Assembly: GCA_040005235.1 (NCBI GenBank)
Contig: JBDTZG010000027.1
Coordinates: forward strand, 8,900 to 72,899
Direction: 5' to 3'
DNA length: 64,000 bases
Source of the DNA: Acidobacteriota bacterium
GTDB taxonomy: Bacteria > Acidobacteriota > Thermoanaerobaculia > Multivoradales > UBA5704
Every line of letters starts with the position of its first letter. Positions within the stretch are counted from its first letter, which is position 1. Under the pieces are notes generated by a model that saw only the letters and a program-made list of their open reading frames with translations, did not search any database and had not been told where the DNA came from. Shown piece by piece: positions 12,795 through 21,583 of the stretch. Both the position numbers and the translations under genes were made by a program.

Positions 12795-13712
12795 ATGCCC
12801 TCCACTCTCGTCAAAATTGCCCGTAGGATCGGCATAGCGGCGCTCTCAATCGTCGGGGCCGCGGGCTTGCTGGAGCTGGTCGCCGCGATCCGGGTCCATC
12901 GGTTGCGAGATGAGCGCTCGGACCTCGGCGACCGATTGTTCGCCGAGATCCGTGGCGAGGGCGAGCCGGTTGTGTTCATCGCCGGGCTGCCGGCCACCAC
13001 GTGGTTCTGGCAGGGGGCATTCGATCCTCTGGCCGCGGGGCATCGTCTGATCTTCGTCGATGCGCTCGGTTTCGGCCGGTCGCCGTTCCCGAATGGGGAC
13101 TACACCCTCGACGACCAACTCGGCGCCCTGCGGCGAACGCTCGTCGCGGCGGGTGCCACCCGGCACGTGACGTTCGTCGCACACTCGTTCGGCACGGTAC
13201 TCGCGGCCTATTACGCGGCGCGTTACCCCGGCGAGGTCGATCGATTGTTCCTGCTCGGAACGCCGGTCTTCGACGACGAGGCCGAGGGGCGGGCGCACAT
13301 CCGCGAGATGTCGTCCATGTCGGGGCTGTTCGTGCTCAATCCACTGCTCGCCCGGGAAGCCTGCAAATTTCATGAGGCGCTCGCCTCTCCCGTTCTGGCG
13401 CGGCTGGTGGCGGCCTCTATGCCCGATAGTCCGCCGGAACTCGCGAGCGAAGCCATGAAACACACCTGGCGGTCGTTCCGCGGCAGTCTGGACATCCTGC
13501 TGCACCGGCCGATCGCGACTCCGCTCGCGGAGATCGGATCTAAGGTCACTTTCGTCCAAGGGCGGCAGGATCGCGTCACCTCGCTCGGGCGAATCCGCAC
13601 CCTCGCCGCGGCGATCGGCGCCAGGGTTCTCGCCACGGACGACGAGCACCTCACCTATCCGCGGCGCAGCGCGGGTCGGATTCGGGCGGCGATCGGGCTG
13701 GCGGAGCCCTGA
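12795..13712 (+). CDS. Alpha/beta fold hydrolase
   Basis: N-terminal TM segment, VDALGFGRS, nucleophile elbow AHSFG, C-terminal D and H. Confidence 0.85.
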   Translation: MPSTLVKIARRIGIAALSIVGAAGLLELVAAIRVHRLRDERSDLGDRLFAEIRGEGEPVVFIAGLPATTWFWQGAFDPLAAGHRLIFVDALGFGRSPFPNGDYTLDDQLGALRRTLVAAGATRHVTFVAHSFGTVLAAYYAARYPGEVDRLFLLGTPVFDDEAEGRAHIREMSSMSGLFVLNPLLAREACKFHEALASPVLARLVAASMPDSPPELASEAMKHTWRSFRGSLDILLHRPIATPLAEIGSKVTFVQGRQDRVTSLGRIRTLAAAIGARVLATDDEHLTYPRRSAGRIRAAIGLAEP

Positions 13713-13741
13713 TCGCAGCCACGACAACTTTTGTTCACACC

Positions 13742-13770
13742 TTGAAATGTCTATTTTTTGGCCTTACTCT
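13742..13770 (+). promoter_or_regulatory. Putative sigma70 promoter for the Cys-rich peptide gene
   Basis: TTGAAA (13742-47), 17 nt, TACTCT (13765-70); SD AAAGGAG at 13786-92. Confidence 0.5.
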
Positions 13771-13800
13771 GTCGCTCTCTCTCACAAAGGAGAAGTGACA

Positions 13801-14088
13801 ATGACGCGACGCGTTGCAGTCCTCGGGTTGCTCCTGCTTTCGATCCCGCTCTCGCTTTTGGCGGCCGAAACCAACACATCCACCAAGAAGGATCCGCAAA
13901 GCGAGAAGCGAGGAGGAGCAGTGACCCTTCAGCAGCTTTTCGGCGACCAAGCTGAATCGGGAACGTGCTGCATCACTTGCTCAAGCGGAAGCCACTGGAC
14001 GCTCCCGGTTGAATCCGTCGATGAATGCCTCGCGACCTGCGAAATAATCTGCGGCGGCCCTTGCGTTGAGGGCGGGGGCTGTTTCTAG
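13801..14088 (+). CDS. Small secreted Cys-rich protein (95 aa, 8 Cys in the C-terminal 40 aa)
   Basis: Strong SD before ATG 13801; signal peptide MTRRVAVLGLLLLSIPLSLLA; core TCCITCSS...CLATCEIICGGPCVEGGGCF. Confidence 0.75.
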   Translation: MTRRVAVLGLLLLSIPLSLLAAETNTSTKKDPQSEKRGGAVTLQQLFGDQAESGTCCITCSSGSHWTLPVESVDECLATCEIICGGPCVEGGGCF

Positions 14089-14230
14089 GCCGCCCGGAAC
14101 GCCGGCCCGAAGATGTCGCCGAATCCTGCCCTGTGCTCCACCAACTGGCCGATCGTGACCTTTCGCGCGACGGCGGCGTTCGGGTACTTGGGCAGGACCT
14201 CGATCAACTTGTCGTCGAGCAGGAGACTCG
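14085..14230 (-). pseudogene. Internal fragment of a serine hydrolase/beta-lactamase-family gene
   Basis: LLLDDKLIEVLPKYPNAAVARKVTIGQLVEHRAGFGD resembles the LDDxxxxYLPxxP...ITIxQLLxHxSG segment that follows SxxK; no N- or C-terminus. Confidence 0.6.
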
Positions 14231-14340
14231 CCCTCCTGGCAAAGCCGGGCGATAGCCTTCTTGGTGAAGATCGGGGTTCTCTACCTCGCGGTAGGCGGCA
14301 CACCCAGCCCACGCAGGAGGCGTGCAAAGTTCCCCGATCT

Positions 14341-14694
14341 TTAAAGGAACGACGGAGGGGCAGCCTCACGCCGACTTCGGCGGCCGATGAAGATCCAGCA
14401 AAGAAGTCCCGAGACGCTCGCCGCCAGGAATCCGAGTCCCCATCCGTTCTCTCGGAGAGGCTGACCCTCCGAGACGGCCCAGATCAACCCATAGAGAAGA
14501 AGGGCTCCCGCCGCGGCGTGGATCGCCACGAACCAGCGGGAGAGGATGGCGAAGAGGTGGGGAAGCGGTCGCCAGATCGCGACCCCTGCGAGAATCCAGC
14601 CCACCGGAGCGGCGAACACTCCGATCAGAGAAATCGGTCCGAGCACCCCCTGTAAGGTTGCGGCGAAGGGGTCGGGGTAAAACGCCGGATCCAT
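14341..14694 (-). CDS. Hypothetical membrane protein (about 3 TM)
   Basis: 117-aa ORF with ATG start and several hydrophobic stretches. Confidence 0.55.
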   Translation of the reverse strand: MDPAFYPDPFAATLQGVLGPISLIGVFAAPVGWILAGVAIWRPLPHLFAILSRWFVAIHAAAGALLLYGLIWAVSEGQPLRENGWGLGFLAASVSGLLCWIFIGRRSRREAAPPSFL

Positions 14695-14697
14695 CGC

Positions 14698-14835
14698 TCA
14701 GCGTCTGGAGGCGATGAGTGCCGGCCCGTTCTTGGACGGAATCATGGCTTCCACGATCCCGTTCGAAGGAGCCGGAGCGATCACGGGAGGCGGCGGAGGT
14801 TGCGGCGCGGACGGCGGACCTGAAATCGGATCCAT
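14698..14835 (-). pseudogene. Short Pro-rich ORF, probable truncated DUF4190-like membrane protein N-terminus
   Basis: GGAGG SD then MDPISGPPSAPQPPPPPVIAPAPSNGIVEAMIPSKNGPALIASRR*; IPSKNGPALIA recalls the IPxKNxxALxAYY start of small membrane proteins, but the ORF stops before the TM helices. Confidence 0.35.
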
Positions 14836-14926
14836 GAGGCTTCCTCCCCGGAAGAGTCAGACATCGGCACGGCAGGGAACGAGTGTGGGAGCATCGTCTC
14901 CCAGCGAGAAGGAGTACGCAAGTGGC

Positions 14927-15460
14927 GAAGTCACGCGAGCCTTGCCACGAAGCAACGCATCGAGGGCACGCGACCGAGCGTGAAGCAACGCAAAAGAGGC
15001 CCCAAACCGGCCGACCGGCGGGCGAAGCCACAAAGAAATTCGCTGAAGCCACCGAGAAATTCACTGAAGTCACGCACAAAGGCGGTGAAGCAACGCATTC
15101 AGATACTCAGGTCACCCACCGAACTGCAAAAACTACCGAGCCCAGGGGTGAAGCCACCGACAAATACGCCAAAATGGCCAGAGAATCCGGCCGAGTGGGC
15201 GACGATGGAGTCCGCTTGCGTGACTTCAGCGAATTTCTGTGTGACTTCAGGGGTTTTCTGGGCGACTTCAGCGAATTTCTCGGTGGCTTCAGTGAATTTC
15301 TCGGTGGCTTCAGTGAATTTCTCGGTGGCTTCAGCGAATTTCTGGGTGGCTCGACCGCTCTGCTCTGTGGCCCCGGCGATCGCCGCGGTGACTTTATCGT
15401 TTTGCCAAGGGGCTTGAGTGCTCGTCGCGATGGCTCGGGTGATTTCCTGCGTGGCTTCCG
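14927..15460. repeat. Two inverted arms of degenerate 21-bp tandem repeats
   Basis: GAAG(C/T)(C/A)AC-like core at 15024, 15045, 15066, 15087, 15108, 15129, 15150; reverse-complement core GTG(A/G)CTTC-like every 21 bp from 15220 to 15451; 15035-15073 matches the reverse complement of 15304-15342 at 38/39 nt. Confidence 0.9.
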
Positions 15461-15597
15461 GTCCCGCGAGGTTGCCGACTGCGGCATGTCGCCCTGAGCG
15501 ATCTCGTCCAGCGCGGCGACAAGATCCGTGGCCGGCTCGCGCGTCCCGAGTATGTTCCCAGAGAGGGGGGGTTGTTCATCCAAAGTGGTTGCCATCC

Positions 15598-15626
15598 TTG
15601 CCCATTCGTCCTACTCGAAGTAGGAT
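15598..15626 (+). promoter_or_regulatory. vapBC promoter with overlapping operator palindrome (likely leaderless mRNA)
   Basis: TTGCCC, 17 nt, TAGGAT; inverted repeat TCCTACT-cga-AGTAGGA at 15609-15625; ATG 6 nt after the -10. Confidence 0.7.
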
Positions 15627-15632
15627 TTCGGC

Positions 15633-15884
15633 ATGGCTACCGAAAAAGTTTCCCTCTCCCTGGAAGAAGACCTTCTGGCCGAGGCTCGCGCCGTCGTTGG
15701 AATCCGTGGCCTCTCGGGCTACGTCAATCGCGCCCTCAGCCACCAGCTCCAGCGGGATCGAGTCGCGGCCCTGCTGGCCGATCTCGATTCCGAATTTGGC
15801 CTTGTCGATCCCCGAGTGGTAGAGGAGGTACGCAGAGCATGGCCGGCGCCCGCAGAAGCGATCAAGAAGCGCCGCACCGCCTGA
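15633..15884 (+). CDS. Ribbon-helix-helix (CopG/VapB-like) antitoxin
   Basis: TEKVSLSLEEDLLAEAR...GLSGYVNRAL RHH pattern; upstream of and overlapping a PIN gene. Confidence 0.8.
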   Translation: MATEKVSLSLEEDLLAEARAVVGIRGLSGYVNRALSHQLQRDRVAALLADLDSEFGLVDPRVVEEVRRAWPAPAEAIKKRRTA

Positions 15885-16258
15885 TCCTCGATTCCGGCGC
15901 AGTCATCGGCTTGGCGCGGGGAGATCAAAGAGCCCGGGCCTTCTTGGCGCGCGCCCTGGATATGGATGCCTCAATCGAGATTCCGGTAGTGGTGGTCGCC
16001 GAGACGATTCGAGGCGACCCGCGCGACGCCCCGATCCATCGAATCCTCAAAGCTGTGGGTTCGGTCCCCGAAGCGCGCGAGTCTCATGGTCGAACCGCGG
16101 GGCGATTGCTCGGAGCGGCCCGGTCGGCGTCAACGATCGACGCACTGGTCGTAGCTCATGCCGTGGAAGCCGGGGGCGGCCAGATTCTCACTGGGGACCC
16201 CGATGATCTGGCGCCGCTTGCGGCGCCGCATCCTGAGGTCTGGATCCAGGCCCTCTAA
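15839..16258 (+). CDS. PIN-domain toxin (VapC-like)
   Basis: LILDSGA, VVAET, TIDALVVA, LTGDPDDL acidic PIN residues; SD GAGGAGG before ATG 15839. Confidence 0.85.
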   Translation: MAGARRSDQEAPHRLILDSGAVIGLARGDQRARAFLARALDMDASIEIPVVVVAETIRGDPRDAPIHRILKAVGSVPEARESHGRTAGRLLGAARSASTIDALVVAHAVEAGGGQILTGDPDDLAPLAAPHPEVWIQAL

Positions 16259-16320
16259 ACAGGCGCACGAATCCCCGAGTCGGTGCAGCTCTAAATTCAA
16301 TTTTTAGGCTGAGAGGAATT

Positions 16321-16396
16321 TGGTGGCCAGGGACGGAATTGAACCGCCGACACCGTGATTTTCAGTCACGTGCTCTACCAACTGAGCTACCTGGCC
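16321..16396 (-). tRNA. tRNA-Phe (GAA)
   Basis: Reverse complement GGCCAGGTAGCTCAGTTGGTAGAGCACGTGACTGAAAATCACGGTGTCGGCGGTTCAATTCCGTCCCTGGCCACCA: cloverleaf, GAA anticodon, encoded CCA. Confidence 0.98.
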
Positions 16397-16452
16397 AGGA
16401 AGGATCGGGCGATCCCAAGGGGACGCTTTTTAACAGTCGGCGGGTGGGCGCG

Positions 16453-16707
16453 TCAAGGCCGATCCGGCTGGCCGCGCTCGATCAGGCAGCGGACGGTGCC
16501 CGGGACGCCTTCGATTTCGCCGATTTCGATCAGACGATGGCCGGAGCGCTCGCACCAGATCGGCATGTCTTCGTTCATCGTCGGGTCGTCGCCCCAGACT
16601 TCGAGCAACTCGCCCGGCGCGACCTTGCGGATCTCGCGGACCGAGAGCAGGACCGGCAGGGGGCAGAGGGCTCCACGGACATCGAGGCGGTGCGGGGCGT
16701 CAGCCAA
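16453..16707 (-). CDS. tusA: Sulfur carrier, TusA family (TTG start)
   Basis: LDVRGALCPLPVL CPxP motif, DDP; SD AAGGAG before TTG 16707. Confidence 0.85.
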   Translation of the reverse strand: MADAPHRLDVRGALCPLPVLLSVREIRKVAPGELLEVWGDDPTMNEDMPIWCERSGHRLIEIGEIEGVPGTVRCLIERGQPDRP

Positions 16708-16766
16708 GGTGGGGCTCCTTAAGGGGACTGCGCGCAATGGCGACCTAACCCCTAGAATAGCCGCGA

Positions 16767-17603
16767 ATGGAGTCGCCACGACAGGGTAGGGACGGGTTTC
16801 GACCGGCGGAGCGGAGAATTGCCCGGGTCTTGGTCGCAATGCTGTGCTTGGGGTTGGCGCTCCCCGGCCTCGCTTGGACCCCCGAAATGCAGCGCCGGAT
16901 CGCCACCGAGGCGGCGCGGCTGGGTCCGCGCGATCTCTTTCGCCAGATCGACAAGCACCGGCCGGAGTACGAGAAGGGGGCACTCGCGCCGTTTTCCGAT
17001 CGCGATCCTAGCCGCCACAGCCGCAACGCGGACGGTACGGGAACTCTCGACCGGACCGTCGCCGAAGAGTCCGCCGCCGTGATCGCGGCGATCCGCGACC
17101 ACCGGCCGTTCGTCGAGATCGTCTCTCGACTCGGCCGGGTGAGCCACTACGTGGCGGACGCCAACAACCCTCTGGCCGCGTCGAACGAGGACCCCGAGGA
17201 GGGGCGCTACTTCGCCGATTTCTTGATCTACGCCGAGAGCGCCGAGCCGCGGCTGCCTTTGGTGTTTTACGGCCTGCCGCGCGGCTGGGACCGGCGACCA
17301 GACCTTTCCGCGCTGGTGCGCGACGCCCTCACCCGTTCGCGCGGGTTCTACCCGACGATCGGCCGGGAGTATCGCCGGATCGATTTCGGCTCCGGCCGGT
17401 CGCTGTTCGACGACCGGTCGAGCGCCTTCGCGATCGCTTCGCTCGCCTTCAGCCACGCGGTGACCGACGCGGCGATCGCTCTGCGCACGATCTGGCTCCA
17501 AGCCGGCGGCGGCGACTCGCGAAGCCACTTACCTACGGCGGGAGACCGCATTCTTCCGGTTCCCAAGAGCGACGACCGCGCCGATCGGAGCCAAGGGCGG
17601 TAA
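16767..17603 (+). CDS. Secreted S1/P1 nuclease / Zn-phospholipase C-like helical protein
   Basis: Signal peptide ending before Trp (AWTPEM); RLGRVSHYVADANNPL resembles the LGxxxHYxxDxxxP motif. Confidence 0.55.
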   Translation: MESPRQGRDGFRPAERRIARVLVAMLCLGLALPGLAWTPEMQRRIATEAARLGPRDLFRQIDKHRPEYEKGALAPFSDRDPSRHSRNADGTGTLDRTVAEESAAVIAAIRDHRPFVEIVSRLGRVSHYVADANNPLAASNEDPEEGRYFADFLIYAESAEPRLPLVFYGLPRGWDRRPDLSALVRDALTRSRGFYPTIGREYRRIDFGSGRSLFDDRSSAFAIASLAFSHAVTDAAIALRTIWLQAGGGDSRSHLPTAGDRILPVPKSDDRADRSQGR

Positions 17604-17727
17604 GATGGGCGAACCGAAACGTTAGAGCACGGTGCCACAGGTGGCACCCGCAGGGAGATTTCCCCGCCTTCCAGTTGTCGCCTGATCTCCGGGCGCTTCG
17701 GCGATCGGCAGATTTCGACCCTCGGCC

Positions 17728-20700
17728 ATGACGACGACCCACCCGCCCTCGACCGCGACGACTTCTTGCCCCAATTGCGGCACGCGGTTGCGCTTTTCCT
17801 CGCCAGGGGACGCCCCGGTGCGGCTGCGCATCACCTGCGGCTCGTGCCAGACCAGCTTCGCCGTCCAATGGCCGGGCTCCGGGGCGATCGCCCAAGCCAC
17901 CGTGTCGGCCGCGATCTCACAATCCGTTCCGGTCGCTTTCTCCGCGCCCACCACGCCGATCGCGACGCCCCAGGAGATCCGTCGCTCCGGTCATGGCGTC
18001 GCGGAGGGGGGTAAAAGAAGAGGTCCGACCTTTGTTCCGGGCGACGTTCTCGCCGAACGCTACCGGGTGCTGCGCTTTCTCGCCGAAGGGGGCATGGGCG
18101 AGGTGTTCGAGGTACTGGATTTGGAGCTCGGCGGGCGGCTGGCGGCAAAGACCGTGCGCGCCGACGTCGCGGCCGATCCGACGGCGCTCGAACGGTTCCG
18201 CCGCGAGATCCAGCTCGCCCGAAGGGTGACCCATCCGAACGTCTGCCGGATGTTCGACGTCGCCTACCACCGCCCGGAGCCGAGCGCGGCCGGCACGATC
18301 TTCCTTACCATGGAGTTACTGCTGGGGCCCACCCTCGCCGAGCGGATCGCGGCCGGCCCGATGGCGCCGGAGGCCGCCCTGCCGATCCTCCGCCAAATCG
18401 CCGCGGCGCTCGATGCGGCCCACGAAGCGGACATCGTCCATCGAGATCTGAAGCCGGCGAACGTGGTGCTGGTCCCCGGCCAGACCCCCCGCAAAGAAGA
18501 CATGGTGCGCGCCGTGGTCACCGACTTCGGCCTGGCGCGGATCGACACCGCGAAAGGCTCGGCGGCCGAAGCGGCGATGACCATGACCGCGGCGGGATTC
18601 TTCATCGGCACGCCCGCCTACGTGGCGCCGGAGCAGGTCGAAGGGGGCGCGGTGACCTCCGCGACGGATGTCTATGCGTTCGGCGTCGTGATGTTCGAAA
18701 TGCTAACCGGCAAAGTGCCCTTCCTCGGCGAGACCGCTCTCGCGACAGCGGTCAAGCGCCTTCAACAGCCGGCGCCGTCGCCTAGGCTTCATGCCGCCGC
18801 GATCGACGCGCGGTGGGAGGCGGCCATCCTGCGCTGCCTGGAGCGGCGGCCGGAGGATCGCTTTGCCCGGGCGGGCGATCTGATCGCCGCGCTCGAAGAC
18901 CCGAGGCCCGTGCTCGCGCGGCAATCGGATCCGGCCCTCCCGATCGCCCAGCCGCCAGGCTCGTTTCCACCGACCGCCGAACCCTCCGAGGCTTTTGAGA
19001 CCCCTGGAGTCACCGAGATCCTCGGGCGCGGCCCGACGGTCCCCGTGCCGCCACGGCAAAAAGCTGCTATGTCGCGCAAACCGTTGCAGCTCGCTGCGCT
19101 CGCCGTCGTGATCCTGCTGTCGTTCTCGTTCGTCGCCTATCGCATCGTCGCCTGGCGCAACGAGCGGCGCCTGCAGGAGCAGATGCTCGACGCCACTCTG
19201 CCGGCTGAGCCGGTCGCCCCGCGGCGGGCGATTGCCGTGCTCGGCTTCCGCGACCGCTCCGGACGACCCGGGGCGGAGTGGCTCTCCGGAGCGCTCGCCG
19301 AGATGCTCGGCACGGAGCTGGCGGCCGAAAAGGGAGTGCGGGTGATCGCGGGAGAAGAAGTCGCCCGAATGAAGAGCGACCTCGCGCTCACCGACCCCGA
19401 AAGCCTGGCGCCCGACACTCTGGCGCGGCTGCGTACGGCCTCCGGCGCCGATTTCCTGGTGCTCGGCTCGTACACGGCGCTCGGGGCGGAAGCCGGCGGC
19501 AAGATCCGGCTCGACCTTCGTTTGCAGAACACCCAGAGCGCCGAGACCACCTCGATCGGCGAGACCGGCACCGAGGCCGCCCTGTTCGATCTGGTGACGA
19601 AAAGCGGCGCACGGCTGCGCCAGGCGCTGGGGCTCGCGGGGGAGAACGGCACGGGCGACGGCGGACCGGTAGGGGCCGCGCGCGCCGCGCTCCCGGCGAA
19701 TCCCGAAGCGGCGCGGCTTTATACCGAGGGCCTGGAACGGCTGCGCCGTTTCGAGCCGCTCGCGGCGCGCGACCTGCTGGTCCGCGCGGTGGCGGTCGAC
19801 CCGAACAACCCGCTCGCCCACTCAGCCCTGGCTTCGGCCTGGGCCGCCCTGGGCTATGCCGGGCGGGCTGCGGAAGAGGCAAAGAAGGCAATCGACCTCG
19901 CGCGAGATCTGCCCCAAGAGCAGCGCTTGGTGATCGAGGGGCGCTACGCCGAAGCGAATGAAGACTGGGCGCGGGCGACCGAGATCTACCGTTCGCTGTT
20001 TCGGGTCTTCCCCGACGATCTGGACTATGGCCTACGCCTGGTGGCGGCGCAGACCGCGGCAGGCCAGGCGCAAGGAGCGCTTGCCACCGTGGCCGCCCTG
20101 CGCGCCCTTCCCGCACCGGCGCGGGAAGATCCGCGGATCGACCTCTCCGAAGCCACCGCGGCCGAGGCGCTCGCGGATTTTCCGCGCCAGCGCCAGAGCG
20201 CGGCCCAAGCGGCGGCTCGGGCGAGCGAGCGGGGCGCCCGGCTGCTCACCGCCCAGGCCCGCCTGTCTGAATGCCGGGCGCTGCGCAACTTGGGGCAAGC
20301 GGACGCGGGCCAGGCGGCTTGCGAAGCGGGCCGGGTGCTTTACGCAGAGGCGGGCGATTCCTCCGGGGTCGCCGATGCGCTCACCCAATCGGCGAACTTG
20401 GCGTTCGATCGCGGCGACCTTCCCGGCGCCCGCCAGCTCTACGAGCAGGCGCTCGCCACCTTCCGGACGCTGGGCAACAAGGGGGCCGAGGCAGGCGCGC
20501 TCAACAACATTGCGGTGGTCCTCCGGCGCCAGGGGGACGGAGCGGCGGCGGTGGGGCTTTACGAGCAGGTCTTGGCACTCTCCCGGGAGATCGGCAACCG
20601 TTACGGCGAGGCGAGCACCCTGGGCAATCTAGGAACCCTGTCCACCGGGCGCGGCGAGTTGGCCAAGGCGCGCGATCTGCTCGAACGCTCGCTGGCGATC

Positions 20701-21579
20701 CGGCGCGAGCTGGACGATCCCGCGGGTGTGGCCTCAGGCCTCGACAACTTGGGCGCCGTGCTCCGCCGTCAGGGCGATCTCCTGGGCGCCCGCCAGCGCC
20801 AGGAAGAATCGCTCGCGGCGCGCCGAAAAATCGGCCAGAAGGGGGGGCAAGCCGCCTCCCTCGTCGGCCTCGGAACGACGCTGCTCGACCAGGGTGATCT
20901 CGCCGCGGCCAGGAAGCGGTTCGACGAATCGCTCGCGCTGTGCCAAAAGCTGGGTAATCGGAGCCTCGAAGCCTCGGCACGGCACGGCATCGCGGAGGTG
21001 CTCGTCCGCCAGGGCGATCACAAAGGAGCGCTGGCCGCACACGAGGAAGCCTTGCGGCTGCGCTCCGACCTGGGCGAGAAGAGCCAGGAGGCGACCAGCC
21101 GGACGGGCCTGGCGGGTGCGCTGCTCGCCGCGGGCGATGCGCCGAGCCTAGCAAGGGCAGAGACCGAAGCCCGCGCCGCGGCCGAAGAATTTGGCAGAGA
21201 AGGAGCGATCGCCGATCAGGCGGTGGCGCTGAGCCTGGCGGGAGAAGCGGGCGAAAGGTCGGGGCACACAGCGCCCGCCCGGGCGGCGATCTCTCAGGCG
21301 CGCCACCTGATCGGTGGAGACGTCGCCAAAGAAGACGCCAAAGCGCGGCTGATCGTCGCCGTTCGCACCGCGCGATCCCTCCCCCCGGCCACCGCTCAAA
21401 AGGAGCTCGAAGCGGTGCTCGCCGAAACCGAAAAGCTCGGGCTCGTCGAGCTCCGCTTCGAAGCGAGCTTGGCGCTCGCGAACCTGGATCACTCTCCCGC
21501 CGGAGCCGCCCGGCGCGCCACGATCGCCCGCGAGGCGCAGGCCAAGGGCTACCTCGAATTGGCGCGCCGGGCGGGGTGA
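17728..21579 (+). CDS. Ser/Thr protein kinase with N-terminal Zn-ribbon, TM, TolB-N-like region and TPR repeats
   Basis: CPNC...CGSC; EGGMGEVF, HRDLKPAN, DFGLAR, GTPAYVAPE; TM LAALAVVILLSF; many TPR-like repeats (LNNIAVV, LGNLG, LDNLG). Confidence 0.92.
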   Translation: MTTTHPPSTATTSCPNCGTRLRFSSPGDAPVRLRITCGSCQTSFAVQWPGSGAIAQATVSAAISQSVPVAFSAPTTPIATPQEIRRSGHGVAEGGKRRGPTFVPGDVLAERYRVLRFLAEGGMGEVFEVLDLELGGRLAAKTVRADVAADPTALERFRREIQLARRVTHPNVCRMFDVAYHRPEPSAAGTIFLTMELLLGPTLAERIAAGPMAPEAALPILRQIAAALDAAHEADIVHRDLKPANVVLVPGQTPRKEDMVRAVVTDFGLARIDTAKGSAAEAAMTMTAAGFFIGTPAYVAPEQVEGGAVTSATDVYAFGVVMFEMLTGKVPFLGETALATAVKRLQQPAPSPRLHAAAIDARWEAAILRCLERRPEDRFARAGDLIAALEDPRPVLARQSDPALPIAQPPGSFPPTAEPSEAFETPGVTEILGRGPTVPVPPRQKAAMSRKPLQLAALAVVILLSFSFVAYRIVAWRNERRLQEQMLDATLPAEPVAPRRAIAVLGFRDRSGRPGAEWLSGALAEMLGTELAAEKGVRVIAGEEVARMKSDLALTDPESLAPDTLARLRTASGADFLVLGSYTALGAEAGGKIRLDLRLQNTQSAETTSIGETGTEAALFDLVTKSGARLRQALGLAGENGTGDGGPVGAARAALPANPEAARLYTEGLERLRRFEPLAARDLLVRAVAVDPNNPLAHSALASAWAALGYAGRAAEEAKKAIDLARDLPQEQRLVIEGRYAEANEDWARATEIYRSLFRVFPDDLDYGLRLVAAQTAAGQAQGALATVAALRALPAPAREDPRIDLSEATAAEALADFPRQRQSAAQAAARASERGARLLTAQARLSECRALRNLGQADAGQAACEAGRVLYAEAGDSSGVADALTQSANLAFDRGDLPGARQLYEQALATFRTLGNKGAEAGALNNIAVVLRRQGDGAAAVGLYEQVLALSREIGNRYGEASTLGNLGTLSTGRGELAKARDLLERSLAIRRELDDPAGVASGLDNLGAVLRRQGDLLGARQRQEESLAARRKIGQKGGQAASLVGLGTTLLDQGDLAAARKRFDESLALCQKLGNRSLEASARHGIAEVLVRQGDHKGALAAHEEALRLRSDLGEKSQEATSRTGLAGALLAAGDAPSLARAETEARAAAEEFGREGAIADQAVALSLAGEAGERSGHTAPARAAISQARHLIGGDVAKEDAKARLIVAVRTARSLPPATAQKELEAVLAETEKLGLVELRFEASLALANLDHSPAGAARRATIAREAQAKGYLELARRAG

Positions 21580-21583
21580 GGGG

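Noticed and set aside
14883-15595. ORFs 14883..15497, 14980..15417 and 15107..15595 as confident CDSs
   Set aside because: Several frames on both strands stay open because of the 21-bp repeats; there is no clear SD and no recognisable domain. Kept only as a hypothesis under the repeat finding.
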